Of a stretch of 64,000 nucleotides of DNA, positions 36,780 to 50,000 are shown piece by piece. Position numbers and translations under genes: made by a program. The number at the start of each line of letters is the position of its first letter. Positions within the stretch are counted from its first letter, which is position 1. This DNA comes from the human T2T-CHM13v2.0 reference genome, Homo sapiens: NCBI RefSeq assembly GCF_009914755.1, contig NC_060933.1, one strand, 5' to 3'. The notes beneath the pieces were generated by a model. It was not told the origin of the DNA. It worked only from the letters and a program-made list of their open reading frames with translations, and did not search any database.

Positions 36780-37030
36780 AAAATACGCCTTCCAGTGTCT
36801 ATTCATCAGCTTACACCTTAAATGTGTTCTGTGTCCAGTACTGGCCATTACACTTTTTAATAATGGAGAGAAAATAGATAAAGGCCAAAAAGTCACAGCA
36901 AAGTTGACTAGAAAGAGGACACAAAGTCCTTTGGAGAAAGATTAAAATCTTTAATGTTGTTTAACCCACATGAGATAATACTGAGATGAAAAGATCTCAA
37001 CTGTATAAAATATGCCTGCAAGAGAATAAT
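36780..37030 (+). mobile_element. L3/CR1 fragment (continues ~37870-38050 after an L2 insertion)
   Basis: tgtgttctgtgtccagtactgg...ggagaaagattaaaatc...gaccatttgttctccat. Confidence 0.5.
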
Positions 37031-37044
37031 GACCATTTGTTCTC

Positions 37045-37570
37045 CATTTACACAAAATAATTTATCCATTGGCTGTTTGGATGAACAGTTATCAAGGACC
37101 TATGTGCTTGGGGATACAAATGTGGAAAACACTTCTAATTTATATCCTGAAAGAACTTCACAGTCTAGCGAAGAGCTAGACATGAAGATAAACAACATTG
37201 CAGCATGATAGTTACTATAATTCAGGCATATATGAAGAGCAGAAGGATACAATGAAGGAAGTGGTAAACCCTATGGCAGTGGAGGAGATGCGGGGAGATG
37301 ATCACGTCTTGAAAGAAGAGTAGCAGGTTTTTCAGAAATTCAAGGAGGGAAAGAGTATTCCAAGCAGAGGGAATAATATGTGAAAGGTAGGAAGATGGGA
37401 AACTGTCTAGCACATTCAGGAACTTGCAGTGAGTTCAACAAAGCAGGAAATTGGAGTATAAGAGAAGAAAAGCAGGAGATAAGCCAGAGTCATAGGCTGG
37501 GGCTAGATAATGGAGATGTTTTTACGTACACCAATAAGCTAGGCTTATATCCAGGCAGTTACGATATTTT
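37045..37570 (-). mobile_element. L2 3' end
   Basis: cttcacagtctagcgaag...agagtattccaagcagaggg...aggcttatatccaggcag. Confidence 0.65.
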
Positions 37571-39219
37571 GTTACAAAATCAAAATACTTCCACGTCAAT
37601 TAGAATGGGGCCTTTTGTTTCCATCCTCCTCTCCAGACACTTTCCCTCCAGTGGGACTTTCAGACCTCCTCATAATCCACCGACTCAAGGGTAATGCCTA
37701 GAACTGCAGCCTCCAGTCTCCTCTCTAGTTCTATAGCAGTGTCCATTTTGATGGCATGATGGTTGTTAAAAATGTTCAATATCTGCTAACATTTGGGGAC
37801 TTTAACCATAGATGACAGGGAACCACTGAAGAGTTTCAAGCAACTGCATCACACAACCAGACTGTCATAAACTTAAAAAGAAATTATTGATCGTCAAAGT
37901 AACCAAAAAGGAATGAAGCCTCTCTCCATGGAAATATTTTAAAAGATACACAATTTTTTATCCTATAGACAGTTTCAATGCTGCCTGGCCTATGGGTGAC
38001 TGGATGAGATGACTCCAAAGGGGCTTTCACTTCATTTATGAGGCTATTCCATGATCAAACACTGCGGAAACACTGCCTGGTTATATCTTCCTCCTACATA
38101 TCTGAGGAGGATGAAGAAAGTGAGAGAGCTGGCTGAGAGAGAGCCTCTTTGAGTGACAATCTCTATTTCACATGCTATAGAGGCACAGGCACTGTTTAGT
38201 GTTGAAATTCTTTTCACAGCATGTGGCAGGTAACCCCTGGCAGCGATCTTCTGTCCCAGAGCTTTCTACACTGTTGCCCTCTCTTCACCAGAGACAGCTA
38301 CAAGGCTGGGGCAAGGTGTGGACTTCACTTTTCCAGATGATGGCAAGCAGCCAGGAACTGTCAAGGGGAAGGAAAGAACTCCAAGATCACCCAGCAAAAC
38401 AGGAAACTGAAGGGGGATGAGAAACCACATTGCATCTCAGAATCTCGCCACTTAAGCTGTATCTCTCCAGATGCACTATATTTCACCTAAATTCAAACAT
38501 TTCCAAATGATATTAAAAAAATTAAACCTCATCTTTTTCGTTTAAAAAAAAAATATGTGTTTCTTGGTAAATCACACAACTCTAGTGCCGAATTTTCCCC
38601 TGCTCATTTTTTCACATCTTTCAATTACCTGCTGATCTACTACTGTGTAAGTGTTTTTCTCCTCATTTACTGAGGATACTACTTTTTCTTATTTTTTCCC
38701 CTCATGCTCACCTAATTAACAGTCAAGCAGCTTTTCATACAAAATCTCCCAGCTTTAAATTTTTCCTTCTGATTAGGAGTTTTAAAAAAGAGCTTTGGGG
38801 TTTTCAAAAATGCTTTTTCCAAGAGATTTATGTGCTCAACCATCAGACTATCCATCTTAAACCAGGCCAGTGTGAGCAGCAGCCTCTAAAACTCCAGGAG
38901 ACAGGGAGGCCTGTGTCCCCTGACACAATCGTTAGATGTTTCAAGGGCAGGGTCCTTTGAGGCCATGCTATGGCCATCTGAGCTTGATCACAGGTAAGAC
39001 ACAAGAGCCATCTTCAAAAGATCTAATTTCTTTAATCCCTTTTTATTGTGCTGTACTTTTAAGAGTTAGAAGAAGCCATGCTTTTAAACTTCTGTTAATT
39101 CATTTAACAATCATTTATTAACCACCTACTAGGTGCCAGGCACTAAATTAGGTGCTGGAATATAATGATGAGCAGAAGATACGTATGGTCCACCACTTAA
39201 TGGTGTGTATATTCTATAG

Positions 39220-39385
39220 CAGCAGTTCTTAACATTGGTTGCATATTGGAATCCCCCAAAGAGCTTTGACTGCTTCCAATGCACATCCACCTCCAGACCA
39301 ATTAAATTAAAATCTCCAGGTATGAGACTCAAAATATTTTTCAAAGGTCCCCAAATGACTCCAAAGAACAGCCAAGGTTGAGAAT
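39220..39385. mobile_element. MER5A-type MITE nested in an L2 end (~39095-39450, minus)
   Basis: cagcagttcttaacattggttgcatattggaatc...ccaaggttgagaa; left flank is an L2 tail, ttcatttaacaatcatttattaaccacctactaggtgccaggcac. Confidence 0.75.
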
Positions 39386-41429
39386 TAGACACATCAATCA
39401 AATAATTACACAAATAGATATCAAATTATAACATTAATAAAGACTGTAAAGAATTAGTCACACTTTGAGGAGGCTTCAGCACCATTTGTTTATATATACA
39501 ACTGAGATTTGCCGAGCACCTGCTTTTATCAGGACTTACAAGGTAATGTGACTATAGGTCATAACCCAAAGAAACATTGGCCATCCTGGTTATCCTTCAT
39601 CTTCATGGGTCAGAACTGACCACTGAGCACTTGGAGATTTCTGGTCATTTCCACTTCCTCTATCAGAAGACCAGAAAGAGGTCAACCCACCTCACTCATG
39701 CCAGACAGACATGTGAACCACAGGGCACAAGCAAAAGTGACTGCCAGACCCTCCTAAATGCTGGCAGGATATCTCAGCAATGCTACTTGATTTGAAATCC
39801 CATGCTTAGATCGACGGGAGTAGTGCGTGCGGTATGATAATCTGAACTGACAATAAATGCCAAAGAAAAAGGAAAAATGAAACTTGATACTAGGTTTGGA
39901 GATTTAAAGAGGGAAATAAATTCTGTAAGACTCTAAGCAAGATTGTCTGGGATTTGCTAAGGGATATGTGCGGAATCCTTACATAATGAGCTTCTTTAAA
40001 TAAACAAACAGCATTCTGGCTTTACAAAAGCTTCTGGATACTGGAGAGATTATTAAAAAATAAGAGAGGTGGTGATTTAGCTTCACCACTGCGGCTGAGA
40101 ATGGCCTTCTAGATTTGAATACTTTCCACTCTCACTTGTTTGAATCATCGTCCCTCAAGATAATGAAGTTTTTTTTCTCGTTTCATTTTGTGATTTTCTT
40201 TAAGAACTCCCCTGGCATCATTCATTTGATTTACACTGAATCGAAATTAACTGTACCTAAACAACTTTTTATTAGTTCATTATATTCTTCTCTCCATTTA
40301 TTTGGCCTTTAGTCTGACTTTAAATTGTAAACTTGACTTCATACAGATCACTATAGCTATCATCTAATTGTCAGAAAGCAGATAATATTCAATATTAAGG
40401 ATTGATGACACATGGACAAATACATATCTCTAAAGATAAATATTTTTAAAATCCTTTGCCATTCAATTTTTAATACATAATGACTATCATATTTTCTTAA
40501 ACACACACTCCAAAACACTTTAAGAAACAAATGAGCTGAGAATTTGCCATGTTTCCTAAGATCCCAAGAAGAGAGTAGCTAAGACTGGATTTTATTCCAA
40601 AGGGGAAGAAACCTTCATTTTTCATAAGTACAGAAGATTTGGATTTAACTTAAATGGAGCGCAAGATCCACACTGCGAAGTTACCAGCTCTTTCCGGATG
40701 CTATATCATTTGTCTGTACCATGAAGGATTAGACTCTAAGTATGATTTTCTGAGGTCTGATGTAAAGTGGAACCCAGAAGCTTTGCATGATCACACTGTT
40801 AGTCAAGACTCACCATTCAAAAAATCTCTTAATTTACAGTTTAATAAACAAATGTGGAAACTGAGCCAAAAGGAAAACAAGATGAATCTGTGAATATGAT
40901 GAATGCCCAAAGCTCATGCTATAAGTTTCTATATGAAAGGTAGAGCCTTTGGCTCAGAGCTTTCTAGGAATTAGCCAAATCCATAACATAATGCTCGGTA
41001 GTCTCCTCAGGCCATTGAAGCCCTATCTGTTCTGCTAAAGAGTGTGAAGAATTTTCCCACGATGCCACTTAAAATATCCCTACCTATCACAAGCTCAATG
41101 TTCAGTTTTGCCAGCTTAAAACAGTCCAACACAATGTTATTTATTATAACAGGTAGTCAGCTAGATCCTGAACCAAAATTATATCTTCCAAAATAGAATA
41201 TGTGTAATATGTAGTGTGGTTAACATGTATCATAAATACCAAGCCAATTTACCAATCCTTGTATTATAACAGTGTTCCATTTTAACAATTTTGGGATTGC
41301 CATAGAAAGCAATTGTTCCTTTTATAAAGCAATATCTAACCAATGTATATAAATTTTCTTCAAAATACAGGGCCTGGTTATGACTTCACAAATGATTATC
41401 TCCAAAGTAGAAAGAAATAAGATATAATA

Positions 41430-41653
41430 AGTGGGGTAAGGATAGCTAAGAACAATATTTGTATATTTCAAGACCACAAGAAAAGAAGATCTTAAAAGTT
41501 ATCACCAAAGAGGGAAGATAAAAGTTTGAAGTGGTGGGCATGCTGATTACCCTGAGTTGATCATTATACAATGCATACATATATTGGAACATCACGCTGT
41601 ACCCCAAAAGCTTTACAATTATTATGTGTCAAGTATAAACAAAATAAAAAAAA
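41430..41653 (+). mobile_element. L1MA-type 3' end
   Basis: gattaccctgagttgatcattatacaatg...aacatcacgctgtacccc...acaattattatgtgtcaa followed by A-tail. Confidence 0.8.
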
Positions 41654-42534
41654 ATCCTAAGACAAATTGTTTCTAAAAACCAGGAACTTATAGTCAGCCC
41701 AAGCACCCACAACTCTTGACAAACCAAGCAGGTGAAATGAGATTTGGTTAGTTTAAGATGCGGTGCCATCAGCCTTTTCCCATTTTTCAATTGTCTTAAT
41801 ACTTGACTTGCAGAAAACAAAACAAAAAAAAAAACATATTTAGTGGACCCGATTAAACAAACCACTACGTGGAAAATTCTGACTCAACGGTACCTTCATA
41901 AATTTAGATCAAAATTAAATCAAACGAATGTGCATAAAGACAGTTTTAAAAATTAAATTAAATACTAAAAGATAATGTTAGACTTTTATGGAAGTTGAGA
42001 GTCAACTATGCCAAGCTTATTTACCTAAACATATATTAGAAAAGTCTTGAAACTAAAAGAATCAAAAGAATTCCAGTCAGCATTTCTCAGGCAGGAGAGG
42101 TACACATCACAGAAGCCATAACCCTTCTCTCTCAGGATCACTGAGAATGCTCTCTTCCTCCAAGCAAATTCCACTTTCCCACACCCTAGGAGGGTCTTAT
42201 AAAGCAACAGCAACCTTCCCTAAAGTGATTTTTCACTGAGACAGCTACTTTAGAAGGATGCTGTAACACTGACCCTCAAGAAGAGAAGTCACTGAGTATA
42301 GATGAGAAAGCATAAAACTTGCATTTTTAGAATAGAGTCAAGGCCTAGATACTTGAATATCTTAAGATAATAATCAACATTTATTACATACTCAGAGCAC
42401 TCTGGTCTTTTGAGAAACATTACCTAAAAAAATAGAAAAATAAAAGTGCTTAGAATTCTGCACATGAAAGCAAGAGTAGGCAGAGAATCCAAAAAATAAT
42501 AGTTTCTGTGTGCCAGGTATTCTACCCAATATGA

Positions 42535-42715
42535 TAGGTGTCTTCTGCCTACTTCTCCAGGTTCACCATCCACCCTTTTCCAGCCTGCTCAGTTACCTAG
42601 GAGACTAACCTAAATGGACCATATCGGTAGGCACCCTTGCCCTCTGGCTTTCAGCTAGTTTCTGCCAATGGGAGTAATAACCATGAAATGAGGGGTAGGA
42701 GGAGAGCAGGGGTTG
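42535..42715. mobile_element. ERVL LTR33-like fragment (similar fragment at ~61765-61925)
   Basis: cccttgccctctggctttcagctagtttctgccaatggg. Confidence 0.5.
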
Positions 42716-43620
42716 GAAGCTGGAGGAGGGTATAAAATCATGAAGTAAGTAGGAAGCAAATCAGAAAGATGGAAAGAACTGAGAAAGACGGAGAGATCAA
42801 ATCAGAAAGATGAATTAAATATAATGCTGAGAGCCTAAGGGAGGCAATAAAGCAAAGGTCGCAAAACCCAGGAGGATGGGCTTGGCTTTCCTGGGGAAGA
42901 AAGGCCTAGGCAGAAGAGCTCTCTGACAGAAGCACTGCTCAGGCTGTGCTGCACAAAGGGCAGGACTCTGCGTTGGATTCGTGTGCCTGAAAACCATTCA
43001 GAGGGTTATATTCTCAAAATGATTTTGTTGAGGTGTCTACATCTTCAGTGCAGTCTTTATCTGCCTCTGAGAGATGCTTCACACATGGCCTAAGAAGCCT
43101 TGTTACAGGCTGTAGTTGAAGAGGGGTGTTTATCTTCAGGTGTAAAAAGATAGCAAGAATAAATGGTTCATGAATCTGCTGCAATGCCACACTTCAAGTA
43201 TTTCATTTTAATACTATCCATTTAGAGAACAGATGAGGGAATCAGTAGGTCATTATGACCAGAAATATTTAAATATTTTAATATGACTGGAGACATAAAT
43301 CCACACTGTACTTACTCTCTGATTTCTTCCATTCACCCAAAACCCTTTTCATTATTCAAAAGAGCTCACCAAATTCTGCCTTGTGAAGGAAAATATCCAG
43401 TGTAAAGGACTATTACATATTCCCACCATACTCCCCAAACTTCAATGATAAGCAATTGTGTTCCCCCCGGATGTGCATATGAAGTCTAGCAAATAAGAAC
43501 ATAAAATAATGACGGGAAGAAAACAAACCGAAAGCTAAAATTATCAGTGGAGCTGATTAGCATATGTATAAGAGACACTTGTACAGATGTGGGATGCTTT
43601 CTTTAGAATGTAAGTTCTTG

Positions 43621-43828
43621 CAGCAGTGATTCTTAATCATTTTTGGAGTTGTGACATCTTATCATCATTTATTTGCTTTTTATGATCATCACCAACCTCC
43701 TCCCAAAAGCATATTTTTAAATGAGAAGGAATAATTTTATTCTCAAGCGTTTGCCTTTATTTTTACTCTCTGAGAATCACCCTAGAGGATCATACGAGTC
43801 GGTACAGTTACCAGTGGTTAAGAATCCA
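43621..43828. mobile_element. hAT-Charlie-type MITE
   Basis: TIR-like cagtgattcttaatc ... gtggttaagaatccag. Confidence 0.5.
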
Positions 43829-44323
43829 GGGAACTTTGCCCTTTGCATTTTTTCCTATGGTAGATATTTAATCATCCATAGGTAATGGTAAAGAATGTAC
43901 ACAGAGGGAAGAAAACGGGAGCGAAAGTTATTTCCACAGTAAGCTTTTGAAGTTTGGATAGGACATTTTGAAATAGACCTAGAAGAGCAGGGAAGGAATG
44001 TTGGTGGGACATGTCTTCTTTCCCACATACACTTGTATTCCATTTAGGTAAATGTGAGTGTTGAGAATCCATCTCCACAGACCTCAGTGATTCACTTCAT
44101 TGCAAACTCCATTCTGCTAAGCCATTTTCATAGGTTGTATTGATTATTTGTATGACTGTGTAAGAAAAGCAACCATACACAGAACTCCTGATTTTGCAGT
44201 TTACTTTAAGTCAACTTTTAATTATTTTCATAAGGCTTTATTGGAAGCTCTCTGTATAAGCCAAAGTGCAAGACATGAAGCAGAGTAATTCATTCCTTTC
44301 CTAAAAGAAAGGAGGTAATTTTG

Positions 44324-44635
44324 GGCTGGGCACAGTGGCTCACGCCTGTAATCCCAGCACTTTGGGAGGCCAAGGCGGGCACATCACCTGAGGTCAGGTG
44401 TTCGAGACCAGCCTGGTCCAACATGGTGAAGCCCCGTCTCTACTAAAAATACAAAAATTAGCCAGGCGTAGTGGCACATGCCTGTAATCCCAGCTACTCA
44501 GGAGGCTGAGGCAGGAGAATTGCTTGAACCTGCGAGGCAGAGGTTGCAGTGAGCCAAGGTAGTGTGACTGTACTCCAGCCTGGGCAACAGAGCAAGACTC
44601 CACCTCAAAAAAAAAAGAAAAAGAAAAAAAAAAAA
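44324..44635 (+). mobile_element. AluSx-like
   Basis: Full dimer; TSD aaaagaaag(g/c)aggtaat(t/c)tt on both sides. Confidence 0.97.
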
Positions 44636-47039
44636 GAAAGCAGGTAATCTTAAACAGGTTTCTTAGAATCAGAGTTGGAAGAGATCTTTTCTATTGAATA
44701 AAAATAAGTCATCTATGAATGTAACTGGAAACTAACACTATACTGTGTTTCTTCCAATACACTTTAAATTCTTGTTGATTTTCATAACCCTTTTGCCACG
44801 TGTGAAGCCACCAGATGTTAATTGCAGTTTCCTAACAAAGGTGCAGAAAGAAGAAAAGTCAAGTCCTAGATCATGTAACAAGCCAAAACACCCATCTCCC
44901 TGCCAGTTTCTATCCATGCTTTCCAGTAATTCTTTTCTCTCCGTAGTGGACTAATAGGTCTCCAACGGGACAAGGCATAGTTTTGTCAGGGAAGTGAAGT
45001 CTGGAAGGGATGATAACAGCACACAATGCTGATGAAATTAACTGTGAGAGCTACCCTGCAGCTAGAAGGGGAACACAAGGCCACTCCACGTGCTAACTCG
45101 TATATTGGCATATCTCAACCCACAGACTGAGAGACACTTGTCTCCTCATCCTAGAGCAAGGACTCTTTTTGGCCCACTTAGGTAGAGAAACTTATGGGGT
45201 AGAAAATACCCTTTGATTTGCCTGGTTGTTTGCACAAACTGGCTACCAATCTGGTCCAAATTGTTAACTTTGTAATTCCAAGTAGATTAAGATGAATTCT
45301 GGCTTTTATCTACCAAATTATTTATGCAACCAATCCATCTGCTTCTCTCCTAGGGAAAAAAAATTTTCAAATTCTTTCAAAATAAACTGAGTGTTTTAGT
45401 CATAACAAAATCCAAAAATCGACAAGACATTATATTATCATTGCAGAGCAAATGCTTAAATTCCATTTAAAGGAAATGTCATCACTGCATATCATATTTC
45501 TGTTTGAGTGCTACATCAGCCCAGTCTGAATGATGCCACCAAGACATAGAACTAGGGGAAGGGTGGGGTTGAAAGACAGGGAAGGAAGCTCAAGCCAATA
45601 TAATAAAAAAGAGAATAAACTTACAGCTAAACAGTTTACTTTTCAAAGGCAGCGCAAGGGCAAAATGCTTTGTGCAAAGAGAAAATTAGTTTTCAAAGTA
45701 TATGCATTCTACAAAGAGCCAAGTTAATTATTCAAAGCAGAGGCCCATGAATTCCCACAATTTAGTCATTCTATTCTGACAAATTCAGGCCCAGCGAGCT
45801 GCTTCTTATCACTAAGACTTTGATAATTGGCTTAGACATATCAAATAAACTTTCTGGAGAATTCAGTCATAAGCAGGTATGACATCCTAATAGGGGTTTT
45901 ATTAGGCCTTTCTCTGTGCAGTAATGTATTAGCAATCACTGTGACATTTTCTGCTCTGGGGGGTTTTGGCCTTGCTCATTTTTTACACTTGCTAGAAAAT
46001 AAATTTATTCACGGTAGAGATCTAATCCAATGCACTACTCTGTTTACCCTGGTTTCTAAAGGAACAGGCCTCTCAGAATTAATGAAAAGTGACATATACA
46101 TCATAGAAGAAAATGCACTGTCTTCAGCCAGGCATAACTGAATAGTAAGAATCCCTTCTGAATCTACAAACTTGGGAATTCAGTTAGTACAGCCTTCTGT
46201 AGTCACAATTTTGCCTCCCATTTCATGTAAGAAAAAAAAAAACATAGCCAATAGCATGTGTGGATTAAATTTCTCCTCTTTAGAAGCAATTGTGGTTGAA
46301 AAATAATTTCCCTGAGAAAATGTCTTCTGTATATTATCTGGTATGTTGCAATTTGCTCCTTTGCATTTAATATTCCTGACAAGCTGAAATAATTTTAAAG
46401 CCTTATTACTGTATATTTACATACTGAAAGTAGAGTTATTATTTGGGTGGAGAACTGTTTGGAATAAATAAATTTTTAAAAAGCCTACCTACCAGCAAAG
46501 GAGAAACAAAATGGATTGGATGATGAAACTCAGTGTCTTTCCATACACTTTTATTCTCTTGGTTCATGTGAGAATATCATTCATGGAAACACATATAAGG
46601 CACCATCAAGGTAGTAGTAGTTTGGTCAGAGTGAAAAACATGCTGATATATTAATGTACTTTTATCACATAACAAGGAAGCATCAACAGAGGTCATCTAA
46701 ATGACCTCTGAAATCTCTGTAATTTAATACTTGATATTTCACCACCAACTTCCCACTTTCCATGTTAATGGGGACAAAATTAATAGAAAAAAATACATAG
46801 AAGATCTAAGTAACTCATTTTAACTATGGGTTTTCTATCTTCTCCTTACCTAAGCTCTTTTTGGTCTCATATATGTTATAATTCTGAAACACTTCCAAGA
46901 TCTAGTGTCCTCTCAAAATACCTCCTTTACCTGCTGGATGATGCTTAAAATTTCCTAGTTAAATCTTTAATGTGATGTTTTGTTCAATGTTAAAATTCAG
47001 TTATATTTGTGAAAGATCCTGCATTAAAGATACTGCCAA

Positions 47040-50000
47040 CACCAGTAACTTCTGGCACCATGAAAAAGATGAATGTCATGACACAACCAAAAGATGACTC
47101 TAGCTCTCCAGCTACAGTCCCCAACCAAAAGAGAAACTCATAAATGACAGATAAAGAATTCAAAGCATAAGTTGCAAGGAATCTCAAAAAGATCCAAGAT
47201 AGGGTTCAAAATAAACACAAAGCCTAAAGCAATCCAGAAAATAAAGGAAGTAATAAACATCTTTAAAAGAAATCAATCAGAGCTTCTGGAATTGAAAAAC
47301 TGACTTAAGGAATTTCACAATACAATGAAAAGCCTTATCAATAGATTGAGCCAAGTAGAAGAAAGAATTTCAGAGCTTGTAAATTGGTCTTCATAGTAAA
47401 CTCAGGCAGGCATAAAGAAAAAAGAATCTTAAAAAATAAAGTCTTGGAGAAATGTGGAATCCTATAAAACAACCAAACCTATGAAAGAGAAAAAGTAAAC
47501 AGTGTGGAAAACATATTTGAGGGAATAATTCAAGAAAATTTCTCTAATCTTATGTGAGAGGTAGAATTCCAGATACAAGAAATCCAGAGAACTCCTGCAG
47601 GATACTATACAAAACAAACATCACCAAGGCATATAGTCACCAGAATGTTCAAAATCAACACTAAAGAAAAAAAAAAACACTTAAAGACAGGTAGAGAAAA
47701 GGGTCAGATCACTTACAAAGGGAATTCCATCAGGCTAAAAGCAGAAATCTTACAAGCCAGAAGAGATTGAGGTCCAATTTTCAGCATTCTTTAAAAAAGG
47801 AAATTCCAACCTAGAATGTCATATCCCACCAAACTAAGCTCCATAAGTGAAGGAGAAATAAAACCTTTTCCAGACAAGGAAGTACTAAGGGAATTTGTTA
47901 CCACTAAACCAGCTCTAAACATGGAACTGAAAGAACAATACCTTCTACTACAAAATCACACTTAAGTACATAGCCCACAGACCCTATAAAGCATCTACAC
48001 AACCAAAACTACAAAGCAACCAGCTAGCAACTTCCCAATAGGATCAAAACCCCATGTATCAATATTAACCTAAATGCTCCACTTAAGAGGTACAGAGCGG
48101 CAAGTTGGAGAAAAAAACAAGACCCATCTATCTGCTGTCTTCAAGAGACCATCTTACATGTAACAACACCCATAGGCTCAAAGTAAAGGGTTGTAGAATG
48201 ATCTATTATGCAAAGAGAAAACAAAAAAGTCAGGAGTCACTATTCTTATATCAGATAAAACAGACTTTAAACCAAGAACAGTAAAAAATGACAAAGGTAT
48301 TACAGGAATTCAACAGGAAGATGTAACTATTCCAAATATATATGAACTAAACATTGGAGCATTCAGATTCATTAAACAAGACTTCTAGACCTACAAAATG
48401 ATTTAGACATCCATGCAATAATAGTGCCAAACTTCAACACCCCAACTGGCAGCATTAGATAATTGAGGTATTGAAACTAACAAAAAAATTCTGAGCTTAA
48501 ATTCAGCACTTGACCAATTGGACTTAATAGACATCTAAAAATACTCCACTCATCCTCCATAGACTATACATGCTTTTCATTTACACACTGAACATACTCT
48601 AACATTCAACACCTGTTCACCCATAAGGCAAGTCTCAATAAATTCAAAAATATCAAAATCATACAAACCATTATCTTGAACCACAGTGGAATGAAAACAG
48701 AAATCAATAACAAAAAGAACCCTGAAAAATACACAATTATATGCAAATTAAACAACTTACCCCTGAATGACTTTTCACTAAAATACAAAATTAAGGTAAA
48801 AATTTTAAAAATATATATTTGAAATAAATGAAAACAGAGACACAAGATACCCAAATCTCTAGGATACAGCAAAAGCAGTATAAAGAGGAAAGTTTATACC
48901 ATTAAACACTTATATCAAGAAGTTAGAAAGATTTCAAATTAGTGACCTAACATCACACCTAAACAAAACACTAGAAAAACAAGAACAAACCAACAACCAA
49001 CAAAGCCCAAAGCTAAGTGAAGAAAAGAACGAAAATCAGAGCAGAGACAAATAAAAATATAACACAAAAATCCATACAAAGGATCAATAGAACCAAAAGT
49101 TAGTTCCTTTGAAAAGATAAACAAGATCAATAGAATGCTAGCTAGATTAACAAAGAAAAAAGGGAGAAGATCCAAATAAGCATAATCAAAAATGACAAAG
49201 GTGGCATTATAACCAATCCCAAGAAAAACAAAAGATCTGCAGAGACTATTATGAACAGCTCTATGCACAAAACCTAGAAAATCTAGAAGAAATCAAATTC
49301 CAGGAAAAGTACGACCTCCCAAGATTAAATCAGAATGAAATTGAAATCCTGAACAGACAAATAACTAGTTCTAAAATTGAATCAGTAGTAAAAAACCTAC
49401 CAATCAAAAGAAGCCCTGGACTGGACGGATTCACAGTGAATTCTACCAAAAGAGCTGGTAACAATTCTACTGAAACATTCCAAAAAATTGAAGAGGAGGG
49501 ACACCTCCCTAACTCATTCTATGGAGCCAGCATCACCCTAATTCCAAAATCTGGCAAAGATACAACAAAAAAAGACAACTACAGGCCAGTATCTCTGATG
49601 AAGATTGAGGCAAAAATTCTCCACAAAATAATAGCAAACTGAATTCAGCAGCACATCAAAAAGTTCATTTACCACAATCAGGTAGGTTTCATCCCTGGGG
49701 TTCAAAGTTAGTTCAACATGCAAAACAATAAATATAATTCACCACATAAACAGAATTAAAAATGAAAATCATATATCAGTCAAGGCAGAAAAGGCTTTCA
49801 ATAAAATCCAATCTTCCTTTATGATAAATACCCTCAACAAACTAAGCATCAAAGGAAATGTACCTCAAAACAATAAGAGCTGTCTATGACAAACCCACAG
49901 TTAACATCATACTGAATGGGCAAAAGCTGGAAGCACTCCCCTTAAGAACAGGAACAAGATGAGGATGCTCTCTCTCTCTACTGCTATTCAAGATAGTACT

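Noticed and set aside
43560-43578. 15/19 match (13 contiguous) to the Tn5 mosaic end AGATGTGTATAAGAGACAG
   Set aside because: Mismatched at both ends with no other adapter sequence; most likely coincidence rather than contamination.
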